The position numbers and the translations under genes were made by a program. Positions 27,689 through 38,678 of a DNA stretch of 64,000 bases are shown one piece after another. The stretch's first letter is position 1. Each line of letters starts with the position of its first letter. This stretch comes from an uncultured virus (IMG/VR IMGVR_UViG_3300011223_000002) (lineage: Duplodnaviria; Heunggongvirae; Uroviricota; Caudoviricetes): positions 62,001 through 126,000 of IMG/VR virus record IMGVR_UViG_3300011223_000002; one strand, written 5' to 3'. The notes beneath the pieces were generated by a model, which saw only the letters and a program-made list of their open reading frames with translations, had not been told where the DNA came from and searched no databases.

Positions 27689-30562
27689 TTAAGTGATAAT
27701 GTCGCGTTTCGTGAAGAAGCGGTTTACACCATTCCCGCCGTCATCATCGAAAGCAGGAATCGCCGTCCCGCGACGCGTTGCACTGATCAGGTGGTTATCC
27801 AAGATCAGGTAGGAGTTGTTGATCCGCAAAACACCATTCACCGCAATACCGAACAGTACTTCACTGTTGGTGGTGTCTCGCATTACCGTTGAGGTCAATG
27901 CCGTTAACCCCGTTGGCTCCCGACGAAGGTAACAATAGGTCGTCCCTGCTGGGTCTACCTTGATGGGGTATTCCTGGTTAAGGACGTAACCCCGTCCGAG
28001 TATCATGACCTTGCTACCCGCCGGGATAAACACCCACCCTGCTTCGCCGATTTCGTAAGGATCGACTTGGAGCGTCCCGCCCACTTCTACCATGTTGGTG
28101 TGAAGTACATCACCGTTAGGGTTGCACTGGTATACGCCCTTGCGCGGAATCAAGATAGGTGGATGAAGTTCCTCTACCATGTCAAACTGATAAGCCCCTG
28201 CAAAGCAGCGGGCAGGGTTTACCGTTCTTGGGGTAAAGGTGGGTGCTGCGGCATCAGCGTTACTCACCGAGAATGAGAGATCGCCGTACAGTTCACCAAA
28301 TGGCTTACTCACCACAAACTGCCAACTGTTGGAAGTCTCCTGCACCGCCAACAAGTCCGACCCGGTCATCCTGACACCATCCCCCGAGTTTGAGACGCGG
28401 CTAACACCGTTAACCGCCTGCCCTGACCGAGTAACTGGTCGAGTAACCAGGCCCGTGCTTGGGAAGGTCAACGAACAGCTCGCACCGTTGACCGTGTAAC
28501 CACAGAGCGCGGCCTCGGCGTAGCACAGGCCATCGGTCAGTAGCACCAGTGCCTGGTTGGGCGTTACCGCGTACACCTGGATCTGGGTTTCACGCAGTGC
28601 TTCATTCACGGTGGGGTTAGCGGTCATGGCATTCGAGCGCATACCGATGGCCGCCGTTCTGAGGGTAAACAGGTTATTCATGGCCAGTGTGACTTTCTGA
28701 CCAAGTGTTACCTTACCCTCGGCGTAATTCACCTCAGCGTAACCGGTGTAATTGTTGTCTTCGCTGAACACCAGACCATTGAACGCGGCGCCGTCTACCG
28801 TTTTCCCCACATACACAGACAGCGAGCGCGGCAGGTTAAACAAGTCAACCAAACGCTGTGTATTAGGCGCACGAAGACCAAACAACGTAGCTTTTTCAAC
28901 ACCAATCGGGGAGCCCGTCCCCCAGGTCAATTCGTTCCAGTCGAACTTTCCGGTTTCTCGGTTCAATGCATAGCTGAGGTACGTGATCCCCTCTTCGCTG
29001 TGCTGAATCGGGATAAGACGCTCCGGCAGCATCTGCAATGGGGCATGACGCGAGGGCGCGTACACTTCTGTTCGCACTTGACTGGCTTCAATAGGAGGAC
29101 GTGGGTTGGTTGCCCACTCAGCGATCCCTGTTTTGCCTGTTTTGGCGCGTTTAACACGAATCCCGTACTTGCCTTGGGCAACCTTTACAATCTCTCCAGA
29201 ACGCAAGATAGAGCCTGGGAATAAGGCCGGGTTGTTGAAGTCCGCGAGGTCACTGACACTCAACCACTGAGGGGTCCCTTGTAACGAGAGGTCTGAACCG
29301 ATTTTGTCCTTGACCAGCGTTCCCAATTGAGTAATGGTAGCCGACCCGCCTGGGAGCAAGGTTCCTGGAATGATCGATTCCACAAACACCAAGTTAAAGA
29401 ACTTGTTGATGTTCCCCGACTTCAACGTCAATGGCACCACCACCATGAAGCACAACTCGTAGTCCTGAATCTTCCAGAACAATGAAGTCACCACCCCTTG
29501 TGCGCCATTTCCTCCAAACGACAAGGTTTGCCCGCTCGAGAGCTCAACGAAGTCGGCGACGTTGTAAGACCGCTTACCGTTCAGTGGCGTGGTGTAGGGC
29601 TCTTTCCCCATCCCCGTTACTTTAGCCAAGTAGTTACTGTCTACCAGGCTCACCAGTGTAGGGTCTGTGCTGACCATATCCGCCTTGAAAGGTCTGTTCT
29701 CAATGGTGAGTGTCAACCCGTTCATGGCTACTGCGGTAACCAAACCCTTGTACGTCGCACTGGCATAGCCGCGGTAAAGCTGGAAGTTGTGGTTACCCCC
29801 GGTCAGCTGCAGGTTTTGCTTGAACTCATACACCTGCTTATCAGCGAGCGGTTTAAATAGTGCCACTTTGCCCTGTGTGGTCATGGCGCCAATGGCGTTC
29901 CAATTGTAACCGGTGTAGCGGGTGTTCAGGTTTTGGATCTCCGAAAACTGCGACCCGCCGGCAGTGGCAGTAGGTCCGCTCACAAAGATGCTGTTCTTTT
30001 GATAGGCATCGGCCGAAGCCACAGGCGATGCTACCAACCGGTCACCGTTGGTCACCAGTGTAAGGAAGGGCGACTGGGTGAAATAGTTGGTAGGTTGGGG
30101 TGACGTCGGAACACCTACAGGGTATTCGTCTGGGACGTAATAGGAAGCCATCTGAAAGACATCGTTTTGCTGATAGTCCTTCAGTTGGTAGGGCTTCGCA
30201 TTAGCAGCTAATGACTGCTTGGCGCCCTGAGGTGAAACAAAGGCATTGACCGGCGTCAGTGCGGTTTGCTCTGCCAGCGTGGCCATGCGGTAGTTGTCTT
30301 TCTTTCCCAGTCCGACGGTCTTACTGGTCTCTCCATGCACAGCGCCTTTGGCATTCAAGTGCGCGTCAATCGGCGCAATCGCTTCGGCAATGAACGTGGA
30401 CAAGTTGGCCGTAAACGACGTGATCAGATCACGAGTACCCTGGTTGTAACTGCCTACCGATTGCTCAACTTGTTCCGTGATCTTGTTGAGTTTGGAAATC
30501 ACCGCACCGAATCGGGGTTCAGGTGTTTCGATAACTGGTGGTTCTCCGCCATGGATGATCAT
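27689..30562 (-). CDS. Virion tail/fibre structural protein
   Basis: HLNAKGAVHGETSKTVGLGKKDNY fibre motif; C-terminal domain shared with the next two genes. Confidence 0.75.
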   Translation of the reverse strand: MIIHGGEPPVIETPEPRFGAVISKLNKITEQVEQSVGSYNQGTRDLITSFTANLSTFIAEAIAPIDAHLNAKGAVHGETSKTVGLGKKDNYRMATLAEQTALTPVNAFVSPQGAKQSLAANAKPYQLKDYQQNDVFQMASYYVPDEYPVGVPTSPQPTNYFTQSPFLTLVTNGDRLVASPVASADAYQKNSIFVSGPTATAGGSQFSEIQNLNTRYTGYNWNAIGAMTTQGKVALFKPLADKQVYEFKQNLQLTGGNHNFQLYRGYASATYKGLVTAVAMNGLTLTIENRPFKADMVSTDPTLVSLVDSNYLAKVTGMGKEPYTTPLNGKRSYNVADFVELSSGQTLSFGGNGAQGVVTSLFWKIQDYELCFMVVVPLTLKSGNINKFFNLVFVESIIPGTLLPGGSATITQLGTLVKDKIGSDLSLQGTPQWLSVSDLADFNNPALFPGSILRSGEIVKVAQGKYGIRVKRAKTGKTGIAEWATNPRPPIEASQVRTEVYAPSRHAPLQMLPERLIPIQHSEEGITYLSYALNRETGKFDWNELTWGTGSPIGVEKATLFGLRAPNTQRLVDLFNLPRSLSVYVGKTVDGAAFNGLVFSEDNNYTGYAEVNYAEGKVTLGQKVTLAMNNLFTLRTAAIGMRSNAMTANPTVNEALRETQIQVYAVTPNQALVLLTDGLCYAEAALCGYTVNGASCSLTFPSTGLVTRPVTRSGQAVNGVSRVSNSGDGVRMTGSDLLAVQETSNSWQFVVSKPFGELYGDLSFSVSNADAAAPTFTPRTVNPARCFAGAYQFDMVEELHPPILIPRKGVYQCNPNGDVLHTNMVEVGGTLQVDPYEIGEAGWVFIPAGSKVMILGRGYVLNQEYPIKVDPAGTTYCYLRREPTGLTALTSTVMRDTTNSEVLFGIAVNGVLRINNSYLILDNHLISATRRGTAIPAFDDDGGNGVNRFFTKRDIIT

Positions 30563-30586
30563 TGGCCAATTCCCTTAAAGAAAACA

Positions 30587-30605
30587 GGGGGTGTTAAACA
30601 CCCCC
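30587..30605 (-). terminator. Hairpin/terminator
   Basis: GGGGGTGT/ACACCCCC stem plus U tract. Confidence 0.55.
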
Positions 30606-30614
30606 GATGGTGGA

Positions 30615-33600
30615 TTAGGGCAACAGCTCGGCTCGGCTCAGGAAGACAAAGTCACCTTCATCCTGAGGGAAGCCAACCGACATGGGGATCGTACCTCCTT
30701 CACGAGAATAGCTGAGGGTGTACTGACCGATCATGAAAGGCTGCAGTCGCTCGATGGTTAAGATTTGTTTCAGGTTGGTGACCACCACACCGGCCGGGAT
30801 AAACCCAGAACGTTTGCGAAGCTTCTCCAGAGAGAACACGTACTTGGGTTCCCCATCCTCGATGGTGGCGTAGATGTAGAAGGTCTTACCTCCTGGGCTA
30901 GGGTCGATATCACGCAGGTCTACAGACCCACCCGAAATGGTGTACCCAACCCCGTTGATCATGAACGGTACAGATTCCTGGAAGAACAAGGTCCAACCCG
31001 TCTCAGGGTAGACCGTTGGTCCAATGTACCAATTCATCGTCCCGTCTTCGAGTGTTTTCCTCGCCAACCGTGCTGCACCGCCCGTGTACTCAAACACGGT
31101 AAAGCCAGGCGTACCGATACGACCGTTCTCAGCGTTGCCGGAGATAGTAGCATCACTGAACCCTACCTTAGGAATCGGGAACGTGAAATCCGGCAACGAC
31201 CAACTTCCGCCCGCCATGGTGATATCGGTGAGCTTGTTGTTGGCGGTATCGATGTTGAAGCGCGCGTACTGACGGGTGATGTAGGAGGTGGTGGTGTTGG
31301 AGCTGTACGGGGAAACGAGGTAACCCTGAATGGTGTCACCGTCTTTGTACAGGTACAACGTGGACCGTGCAATGGCTGCAGGCGCTCGTGCGTGCTGTTC
31401 TGGTGTCCGGACGTTAACGCTCACGCGGTAATCAACCGAAGTGTCCAGGATTTCTACATCCTTTACCCAGTAACACGACGGGTGGTCTGCATTGGGGTTT
31501 TCAATGACCGGCTTGAACAACACCACAACGCCCCGCACTTGACTCCGTACGGGATCGTGGAACATGATTGAGGCGAAGCCCAAGTTCATCGAGCGGAACA
31601 TCCCACCTGCTTCGTTTCGCAACAGGTAGAAACTAACACTCCACGCCAAGCTGTTTCGATAAGCCTCAGGAATCATCAGCCTGAATTTGTCAACCAGCGC
31701 CTGCCTGATACCAAAGAACGTATCGCCCGCGTAATCGGCGGTCTTCTTGACCGTGTCCAATTCGCTCTTGATCGTCCGTGGGCAGGATAAAAGCATCTTG
31801 TTTTCAGCGGGAGCCTTAAACTCCGTGATGAACGGGCAGTTGTGAGCCGCGCCCATCGAGGAATAAGACATTGCGGAGAACGAGGTAGACCCGCACTCAA
31901 CACCCCCTGATTTCAACTCAGCTTCCGACCCTGTCAACCCTATCAGCGATTCCTGCACTGACAAGTTGGTTGCAAACACCTGGCTTGAGAGCGGTCGGCC
32001 TTTGACATTGGTCTGGAAGAGGTTGGTCAATTCCGGACGATCGGCGTATTCCCCGCTGACCTTACGGTAGAACAACTTTCTCACGTTGGTCTTCAGATCG
32101 ACTGCTGCGTAGAACTCACCTTCAGCATCGTAGGTCAGCGAGCCCGGGAACGTGCCGCTGATCAAAGGAGAACTCACGATCGGTGTTACCAGCCGTTGGT
32201 ACTGCAATGGGGCGAATACCCTGTCCATGGGCTGCGTGATAACGTCATAATCACTCTTCCGGTTCTGGTAAGCAATCATGGTCAAGTAGGCAGGGAACGC
32301 AGTTTGGTCACGGCCGGTCGAAATAGCGATCTCGCCCGTTGGGAGAATGATGCATGACGCCGTTGATCCCTGGTTGGCCATGTCGTAGAGATGACCGTAA
32401 TGCTGAGACGAGTATGCATCCCTTTGCGCTTGTGTCCCTTCGGTGAAATCAAAGGTGAACGGCGTAGGTTTCTGCAGTTGGGTGAAGACGCCTGTTTCAG
32501 CATTGAACTCGTAGCTGTTGTGCAGGTAAGTCCCTGCGAGAATCCTGATGCTGTTTTCGGTACGACCCACATTACCCGTCATGAGCGTGGTGATTACGCC
32601 TGTGGTTGAACTTCCTTCCTTCGTGGTGGAAAGGACGGCAGTCCGTGCGGTACGGTTGATCTCCATGGCTGGCTGTTTGAAGGACCAAGGACCGTAACGG
32701 TCCCAACCGCCTTTAGGGCTTGCAACGGGACGCGTTGCAATCAGCGAGGGTGCGTTGGTAAACACCGTGTCGTCGTAATCGGTATAGCTAACCAGCAAGT
32801 GCTGCCATTTCGCTGTTCCGCCTGTTAATGCCGAGATTGGAATTCGGAAGAACGCCAAGGCATCGAGGTAGTTACTGTTAATGGTGCATTGCAGGATGGC
32901 GTATTTACCAATCAGGTGAATCGACATGCGTTCTTCACGGTTACGCAAGCTGGCCGGAACGATCTTGTCGACCTCCGTCATGTCCAGCTTGGTATATTGG
33001 TGCGCGTTGGCATCCAGCGTGCCGTTGGTCAGGCTCAGGTACCATTCGGGGGTCTTTGGATTCCCCACCATGATAATGCGATGGTTACTGCCGCTGATCA
33101 CGGTGGTCGGGTTAAAGTTACGCGCCAGCAAAGAAGGTGGTTGGTACTTGTAACCGGTGTACGTGATTTTAGCGCTGGTCTGACCGAAGTCGGTGACCTG
33201 TGAGTAGTACAGCCCCTCATTTCGACCGTCATTGTGACCGGTCAACATCATGAAGAGTCCATTCTTTTCCATGCACATCGCCGAGCTGAGCGAATTACTC
33301 CCCAGCCCTTCAAACGACCCGCTGATGTTCGGTGGGATAAAGGACTGGCCGCCATACTTACTGACGGGAACAATCCCTGTCTTCATCAGGATACTGTCAT
33401 CCGGCTTGCTACGCTTGACCATCTGCTGAACACCGAGCACGGTACTGTAGAGGTCATTGCGTGTGCCTTGTACATCTTCCTCTACCGTAGCGGTGGCGTT
33501 ATTGGCCACGTTGCCCAGGTTAAGATTTGTCTTGGAAGGTGCATGCGGCGCCTTGTAGTTGGCGTCGTGGTCATTCAACCGCTGGATGGCGTTCTTCTTC

Positions 33601-34187
33601 AGGTTCATCACTTCAGCAAAGGCATCGTTGATGACCTTGTCAGCATCCGTCCCAACACTGGGGTCACGGGTGCGGTAGAAAGCGGTCAATACCTTGAAGA
33701 AGTAGGTCAATTCATACCAATCGCCGATCTCGGTGATAATGCTGTGGAAATGGTGTGAGCCCGGGAAGGTTTCAGGAAGACCAATGATCTTGCTGTAATC
33801 CAACGGGCCTGTGTCTTGGATCTTGGCCAGCCAGTCTTCGAGGCTAGAGCGTGGGAAGAAGAAGGCGCCCAGGGTCTGGTAATCCAGCTTTACAAAGGCG
33901 TTGTTTTTGAGGATTTCCTCAGACAGTCGGATGAAGCACTTGATGCTCCGTCCTGTTGCGGCACAGAAGGGGGCAAACTCCTCCTCTACCCAATAATCTT
34001 TATCGCGGGTCATCTCAGCACCGCGGGCGTCGTATACGGTGACCAACACCTTTTCACCAAAGAAAGGTGAACCGTCAGGAATGATCCATGGACAGGTTTT
34101 ATCTTTGATGGGTTGTTTCTCACCCAAGACCCGGTTCTCTGCCAGAGTGCCGGTGACATCAAACTTCAATAACTTTCTTACGTCCAT
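30615..34187 (-). CDS. Virion tail/fibre structural protein
   Basis: HDANYKAPHAPSKTNLNLGNVAN and FIPPNISGSFEGLG motifs; paralogue of 34256..37807. Confidence 0.8.
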   Translation of the reverse strand: MDVRKLLKFDVTGTLAENRVLGEKQPIKDKTCPWIIPDGSPFFGEKVLVTVYDARGAEMTRDKDYWVEEEFAPFCAATGRSIKCFIRLSEEILKNNAFVKLDYQTLGAFFFPRSSLEDWLAKIQDTGPLDYSKIIGLPETFPGSHHFHSIITEIGDWYELTYFFKVLTAFYRTRDPSVGTDADKVINDAFAEVMNLKKNAIQRLNDHDANYKAPHAPSKTNLNLGNVANNATATVEEDVQGTRNDLYSTVLGVQQMVKRSKPDDSILMKTGIVPVSKYGGQSFIPPNISGSFEGLGSNSLSSAMCMEKNGLFMMLTGHNDGRNEGLYYSQVTDFGQTSAKITYTGYKYQPPSLLARNFNPTTVISGSNHRIIMVGNPKTPEWYLSLTNGTLDANAHQYTKLDMTEVDKIVPASLRNREERMSIHLIGKYAILQCTINSNYLDALAFFRIPISALTGGTAKWQHLLVSYTDYDDTVFTNAPSLIATRPVASPKGGWDRYGPWSFKQPAMEINRTARTAVLSTTKEGSSTTGVITTLMTGNVGRTENSIRILAGTYLHNSYEFNAETGVFTQLQKPTPFTFDFTEGTQAQRDAYSSQHYGHLYDMANQGSTASCIILPTGEIAISTGRDQTAFPAYLTMIAYQNRKSDYDVITQPMDRVFAPLQYQRLVTPIVSSPLISGTFPGSLTYDAEGEFYAAVDLKTNVRKLFYRKVSGEYADRPELTNLFQTNVKGRPLSSQVFATNLSVQESLIGLTGSEAELKSGGVECGSTSFSAMSYSSMGAAHNCPFITEFKAPAENKMLLSCPRTIKSELDTVKKTADYAGDTFFGIRQALVDKFRLMIPEAYRNSLAWSVSFYLLRNEAGGMFRSMNLGFASIMFHDPVRSQVRGVVVLFKPVIENPNADHPSCYWVKDVEILDTSVDYRVSVNVRTPEQHARAPAAIARSTLYLYKDGDTIQGYLVSPYSSNTTTSYITRQYARFNIDTANNKLTDITMAGGSWSLPDFTFPIPKVGFSDATISGNAENGRIGTPGFTVFEYTGGAARLARKTLEDGTMNWYIGPTVYPETGWTLFFQESVPFMINGVGYTISGGSVDLRDIDPSPGGKTFYIYATIEDGEPKYVFSLEKLRKRSGFIPAGVVVTNLKQILTIERLQPFMIGQYTLSYSREGGTIPMSVGFPQDEGDFVFLSRAELLP

Positions 34188-34255
34188 GGTAACGACCTAA
34201 GTTGAATAATGTGATAAGTAAGAGCGGGCAGGTGTTGCCCGCCCGCTCTATGTCA

Positions 34256-37200
34256 CTAGGACAGTTCGTTGCTACGCAGCCATGGAATCTGGCCCTCGGC
34301 GTTGGTAATGCCTGACGACGCAGGAATACACCCACCACGTTTCAATTCACTGACACGCCGTCCATTGATGGCGAACACGTTAAAGCGTTCCAGCGTGATG
34401 ATTTGTTTATCGTTTGTGACGATACGCGCTACCCAGATTTGGAATGCCGTCTCCAGTCGCTTTTCCTGACTGATTTCGTACTTCGCAATCCCGTCCTCGA
34501 ACAGAGCGTACAGGTAGAACGTTTTGTTAGCAGGGGCTGAATCAATGTCGCGCAGGTCGAGAATACCTTTAGGCAGGGTGTAAGACCTACCATTGAACAC
34601 TGCCGTATACTCTTGCTTGACGAAGATGGTCCAACCAACTTCTGGGTAAACCGACCCCAACATGGGGTTGTACACAGACCCTCTGAAGATCGTGGCCGCG
34701 CCACCCGCCGACTCAGGGTGCATGATCATTTCCACAACCCCGTTGTCCGGCGTCACCGCCCGATGTGCGTTACCACCGGCGTTACCTACCGCGATGAAAA
34801 GATCAGACTCCGAGGTTGACCAGCGTTTGGTCGACCTGTTGAGGTAACGGAAATGCGCATACATCTGCAACGCGTCACCCTGACCGTCAGCAGTCACGCC
34901 GCTGTCAAAGAATCCAGAAAGGGTGTTCCCGTTCAGGTAATAACCAACCCGCGGGGATCCGTGAGCAGGGTAGTTCGTGTCGCCACCAATACGCCCATCC
35001 CACTTATCGGCAGAAACTCCGATGGCGCCGGTCGGAACCACGAGGTGGATGCGGTCAAGCACCGAGTACCCCGTCACCGTGCGGTTAACAGTTCCCGAGT
35101 AAGTTGGAGAAATGCTGAGCATGGTGTCGTGACGCTCAGTGGTCCCGACTCGACCCCAACTGATCCACACGAGCACCGGTAACCAGCCATACTTGTCGAC
35201 CATGGCGCCACTGGGGTCACAGATAACGACAATAACCTCAGGTGCTTTGAGCATTTCCGAGATCGAGTCGACTTCTCTTTTGAGCAGTTGGACGATGTTT
35301 GAGGGGTAGGTGACACTGCCTTTCGGGACAATCTCCATCAGCCCCTTACTGTTGACCCGGGTGGTGAAATCCGAGATCACCTTGATCGACTGCATGTCCG
35401 TGGGTTGAGTCCACTCAGCGGATTGGTCTGGCAGGTCGAGGTAACGACGTTGCGTCCCTACGCAGAATTGACAATCTCCAAGATCCGTTCCGTAACTCGC
35501 CAATTGGGAACTGGGTACAGTAATACTAGCACCCCCTACCTTTGCTTCGCCACGTACTTCCCAGACTGTGTTTGTTAGTGGTCGTGAACGGACGTTACTA
35601 ACAAGGGAGTTTGTAACGTCCGCACGCGCCGCCAGTCGCCCAACCGATTTGCGGTAATACAGGCGGTTCTTTTCACCGATCTTCTTAGAGTCCGCGGTGT
35701 AGAAATCACCCCCGTTACTCAAGAGGAACGATTTGGGTTTAATCCCTGACGCCAGAGGGGACGGAATATCTTCAAAGTTGGTCTCTTCGGTTTCAAGAAC
35801 ACCGAGGCTCGTGTTCCATTGCTTGGAGAGCACTTCATACCGACTGCGCAAATCACGTGGCTTAGCAATGAAATAACCCCGTGGGAACGAAGTGTAGTCG
35901 CCCGTCGACACCATGATAGTGCCATCCGGAAGCACGTCCATCCCCTGTCGGTCCCAACCGTAAACCAACCGGTAATTCGAACGCCAAGTGGGTGGCGAGT
36001 TCAGCCAGTTGATAAAGAGGTTGGTAAAGTCCAGTTGGGGTTTTGGCGTTTGGTGCAACAGAGTCATCACACCTGTATCAGGATCAACCTCATACGTCGC
36101 TTCAATCTCCACCTGGAATTGAGAACTTACTTTACCCGAGGCATAGCTTCCAAGGAACGCCCCAACAATCTTCATGACATACTTACCGGGCTTATGTGGG
36201 ATCTCTTCCACTAAGCAGTGTTGCGAGTAAGCATTGCCGTAGATCACGGTCCCGCTGGTTTGCTTAATCGGGAAGTAGCAACGTGTATAACTCGGGAAAC
36301 TTCCTACAGGGGTGTAGAAACGGAAATAGTCGGCGTTTGTACGGCTAACGCCTTCTGGGTCAGTGTAGGTCAACCTTACCAACTGGGCCGTAACGGGGAG
36401 CTGTGCCGCTACATCCGCTTTCGAGACCCGGTAGTAGTAGCGATAACGCCGCTCTGTAGCACCCGGGCTGCCTGCAGGAAGGTTACGACCCACGTACGAG
36501 TGTGCGAAACTGATATAGACCCAATCCCCCATCAACATCACCTGCATCCAGGAGATATGGTCGCAAGCTCGCTGGCCGGTAGGGAGTGGAGTCATCAGGG
36601 CGCTCAGGTCAATTCGACTCAGCACGTGACGGGCCGGGTTCAACGAACCAAAGGTCAACCCAACGTAGGTGTAGTTTTTGTCCGTGTCCGTGACAAGAAT
36701 CACGTCTTTACCACTGCCCTGCGCAATACGGTTAACTTGCGCATTGTCGTTTTCGATACGCTGGTGGGTGTAGCGGTAGCCGCTGTACTCGCGCTTGCGG
36801 TCCTTCGCATAGGGGTCTTGCATAACCGAGTAGTACAGCCCATCCACACGGCCATCGAAACGGTTTTCCAAAAAGACAACCGATCCATCACTTTCCTGAC
36901 AGATGCCCGCGGTTTCTGATTGACCACCCAGACCCTCGTACGACCCGTCAATCGAAGGAGGAATAAAGTTGGTGTTACCGAACGAGGAGATAGGAATGCT
37001 GTCGCCCTTGGTGTAACTGTCCGGATTGAAGCTGAACTCGTCAATGATGGTCTTCAAGCCCTCAACCGTGAGGTGGAGATCATCACGTGGCTCCAGCACA
37101 CGCGGTCCGCGGGCGGTGGCGAAGTTATCAACCTTATCCAGTCCAATCCCACTGGGGTCAAGCCCATGGCTGTTGTAGGCGTTGACGTGACGTCCCAGGT

Positions 37201-37807
37201 AACCTTTCAGCATCTCAGTCTGAGTCTTCAGGTACTGGTTGTAACAACCGAAATAATGTTCGATCTTGGTTTGGATCAACGGTTTACCCGCCGATTCACA
37301 AACACTCATGATCAGGTCGATCATTTCAATCATGTCACCAAACGCTACGACATCTTTCAGCAGGCTATGACCGTGCAGGTTGCCTGGCCAGACGACAGGT
37401 TTGTTGGTGATGTTGTCGAACTCCACCATGCCGTCTTTCTTAGAACCGCTGTTGATGATGTGCATCATGCTGGTATCAAACAGCGTGAACTCACCCACAA
37501 CATCGTAGTCAATAAACCCGTCAGTGATCTCAGGGTCAAGGAACTCGATGAAACAGGCCACCTTTTCCGCGGTGAGCTCGGTCAGTCCGGACATTATCGA
37601 ATAGATCCGATAATGGACGTCGTAATCCATCTTCTCGCCGTTGGTAAAGTACACCACCAGGCTCTTGACAAAGAACGGGCTATGGCGTGGGACAATAATC
37701 CGAGACCACAACCCCCGAGCTGTATGGAACGGCTCACCTCGCTTTTCGTTGTCGAGGTTGTTATTCAGCAAGTCGTCCCTGTACTCTCGGACTATTGGGA
37801 AATTCAT
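34256..37807 (-). CDS. Virion tail/fibre structural protein
   Basis: HVNAYNSHGLDPSGIGLDKVDNF and FIPPSIDGSYEGLG motifs. Confidence 0.8.
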   Translation of the reverse strand: MNFPIVREYRDDLLNNNLDNEKRGEPFHTARGLWSRIIVPRHSPFFVKSLVVYFTNGEKMDYDVHYRIYSIMSGLTELTAEKVACFIEFLDPEITDGFIDYDVVGEFTLFDTSMMHIINSGSKKDGMVEFDNITNKPVVWPGNLHGHSLLKDVVAFGDMIEMIDLIMSVCESAGKPLIQTKIEHYFGCYNQYLKTQTEMLKGYLGRHVNAYNSHGLDPSGIGLDKVDNFATARGPRVLEPRDDLHLTVEGLKTIIDEFSFNPDSYTKGDSIPISSFGNTNFIPPSIDGSYEGLGGQSETAGICQESDGSVVFLENRFDGRVDGLYYSVMQDPYAKDRKREYSGYRYTHQRIENDNAQVNRIAQGSGKDVILVTDTDKNYTYVGLTFGSLNPARHVLSRIDLSALMTPLPTGQRACDHISWMQVMLMGDWVYISFAHSYVGRNLPAGSPGATERRYRYYYRVSKADVAAQLPVTAQLVRLTYTDPEGVSRTNADYFRFYTPVGSFPSYTRCYFPIKQTSGTVIYGNAYSQHCLVEEIPHKPGKYVMKIVGAFLGSYASGKVSSQFQVEIEATYEVDPDTGVMTLLHQTPKPQLDFTNLFINWLNSPPTWRSNYRLVYGWDRQGMDVLPDGTIMVSTGDYTSFPRGYFIAKPRDLRSRYEVLSKQWNTSLGVLETEETNFEDIPSPLASGIKPKSFLLSNGGDFYTADSKKIGEKNRLYYRKSVGRLAARADVTNSLVSNVRSRPLTNTVWEVRGEAKVGGASITVPSSQLASYGTDLGDCQFCVGTQRRYLDLPDQSAEWTQPTDMQSIKVISDFTTRVNSKGLMEIVPKGSVTYPSNIVQLLKREVDSISEMLKAPEVIVVICDPSGAMVDKYGWLPVLVWISWGRVGTTERHDTMLSISPTYSGTVNRTVTGYSVLDRIHLVVPTGAIGVSADKWDGRIGGDTNYPAHGSPRVGYYLNGNTLSGFFDSGVTADGQGDALQMYAHFRYLNRSTKRWSTSESDLFIAVGNAGGNAHRAVTPDNGVVEMIMHPESAGGAATIFRGSVYNPMLGSVYPEVGWTIFVKQEYTAVFNGRSYTLPKGILDLRDIDSAPANKTFYLYALFEDGIAKYEISQEKRLETAFQIWVARIVTNDKQIITLERFNVFAINGRRVSELKRGGCIPASSGITNAEGQIPWLRSNELS

Positions 37808-37824
37808 GAAGGTAACTCCTACTG

Positions 37825-38559
37825 TTAATCGAGCTTCAGTTTGTTCGCTGCCAGCAGACGGAAGGCCTCTTTCATCACGGCTATCGAGACGGTGGCGTTA
37901 TTGCTGTTGCCGGCCAAGTCATCAAACGTCGCAGGCCGCATGTTTTGCACCAGGTCCAATCCCATGTCCGCCTTATCGTAGGGGTGGGCTTTAGCGCCGG
38001 TGGCGGAGAGGTGATCTTGGAGCAGCTTCTTCAGGCTCGTGTCGTCGGGCGATGTTTCAACAAGGGCCAGGACCAACGACTTGAGCTGGGTCATGCATTC
38101 CAACCAGTCGTAGGTTTGCGACAGGGGATGCGGGTGTGGATCCAAGGGGAATCCGGAAGGTGCATTTACAACAGCGCTCCAATCGGCTGAACGAGGCGCG
38201 TTGACAAGGTTCGCAATGAGGGTTGCATAACCCACGGCATCTTGAACGAACGGCGCGCCAATAGTGTCGTATTCGGCAATCAACACGGCGTTGATTGGCT
38301 TACGAAGCACAATAGCCCCGAAAACGTTGCGCTGGTATTTGTTGATAAAGCGGTCGAAGGAATGAGCAAAGACATAATCTTGACCCAGCTCTAGGGGTTT
38401 CGTGATCCCCTGACGACGCAATGCGAAGTTCTTACCACTGAAGAACGGGGCATAGCGAGGAGCAAACACCAGCTTGGTATCGCTTGCAGTTTTGATGACC
38501 TCATCTTTGATGTGGCAATCAGTGCGTTCTTGGAAAGGGTTCCAGCCGTATTCAGCCAT
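37825..38559 (-). CDS. Virion structural protein (short paralogue of the fibre N-terminus)
   Basis: FAPRYAPFF, PHPHPL, HLSATGAKAHPYDKADMGLDLVQN match the N-termini of downstream genes. Confidence 0.7.
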   Translation of the reverse strand: MAEYGWNPFQERTDCHIKDEVIKTASDTKLVFAPRYAPFFSGKNFALRRQGITKPLELGQDYVFAHSFDRFINKYQRNVFGAIVLRKPINAVLIAEYDTIGAPFVQDAVGYATLIANLVNAPRSADWSAVVNAPSGFPLDPHPHPLSQTYDWLECMTQLKSLVLALVETSPDDTSLKKLLQDHLSATGAKAHPYDKADMGLDLVQNMRPATFDDLAGNSNNATVSIAVMKEAFRLLAANKLKLD

Positions 38560-38678
38560 TTGTACTTGCTCCTGGTAAAAGAAACACCGGTATTTTATGA
38601 CTAATACCCATAGAGACGGTGTTTCCTATAGTGACTATAGGGGGCCTGATTTTCATAGAATCGTTAAGGAGTTGCCCC

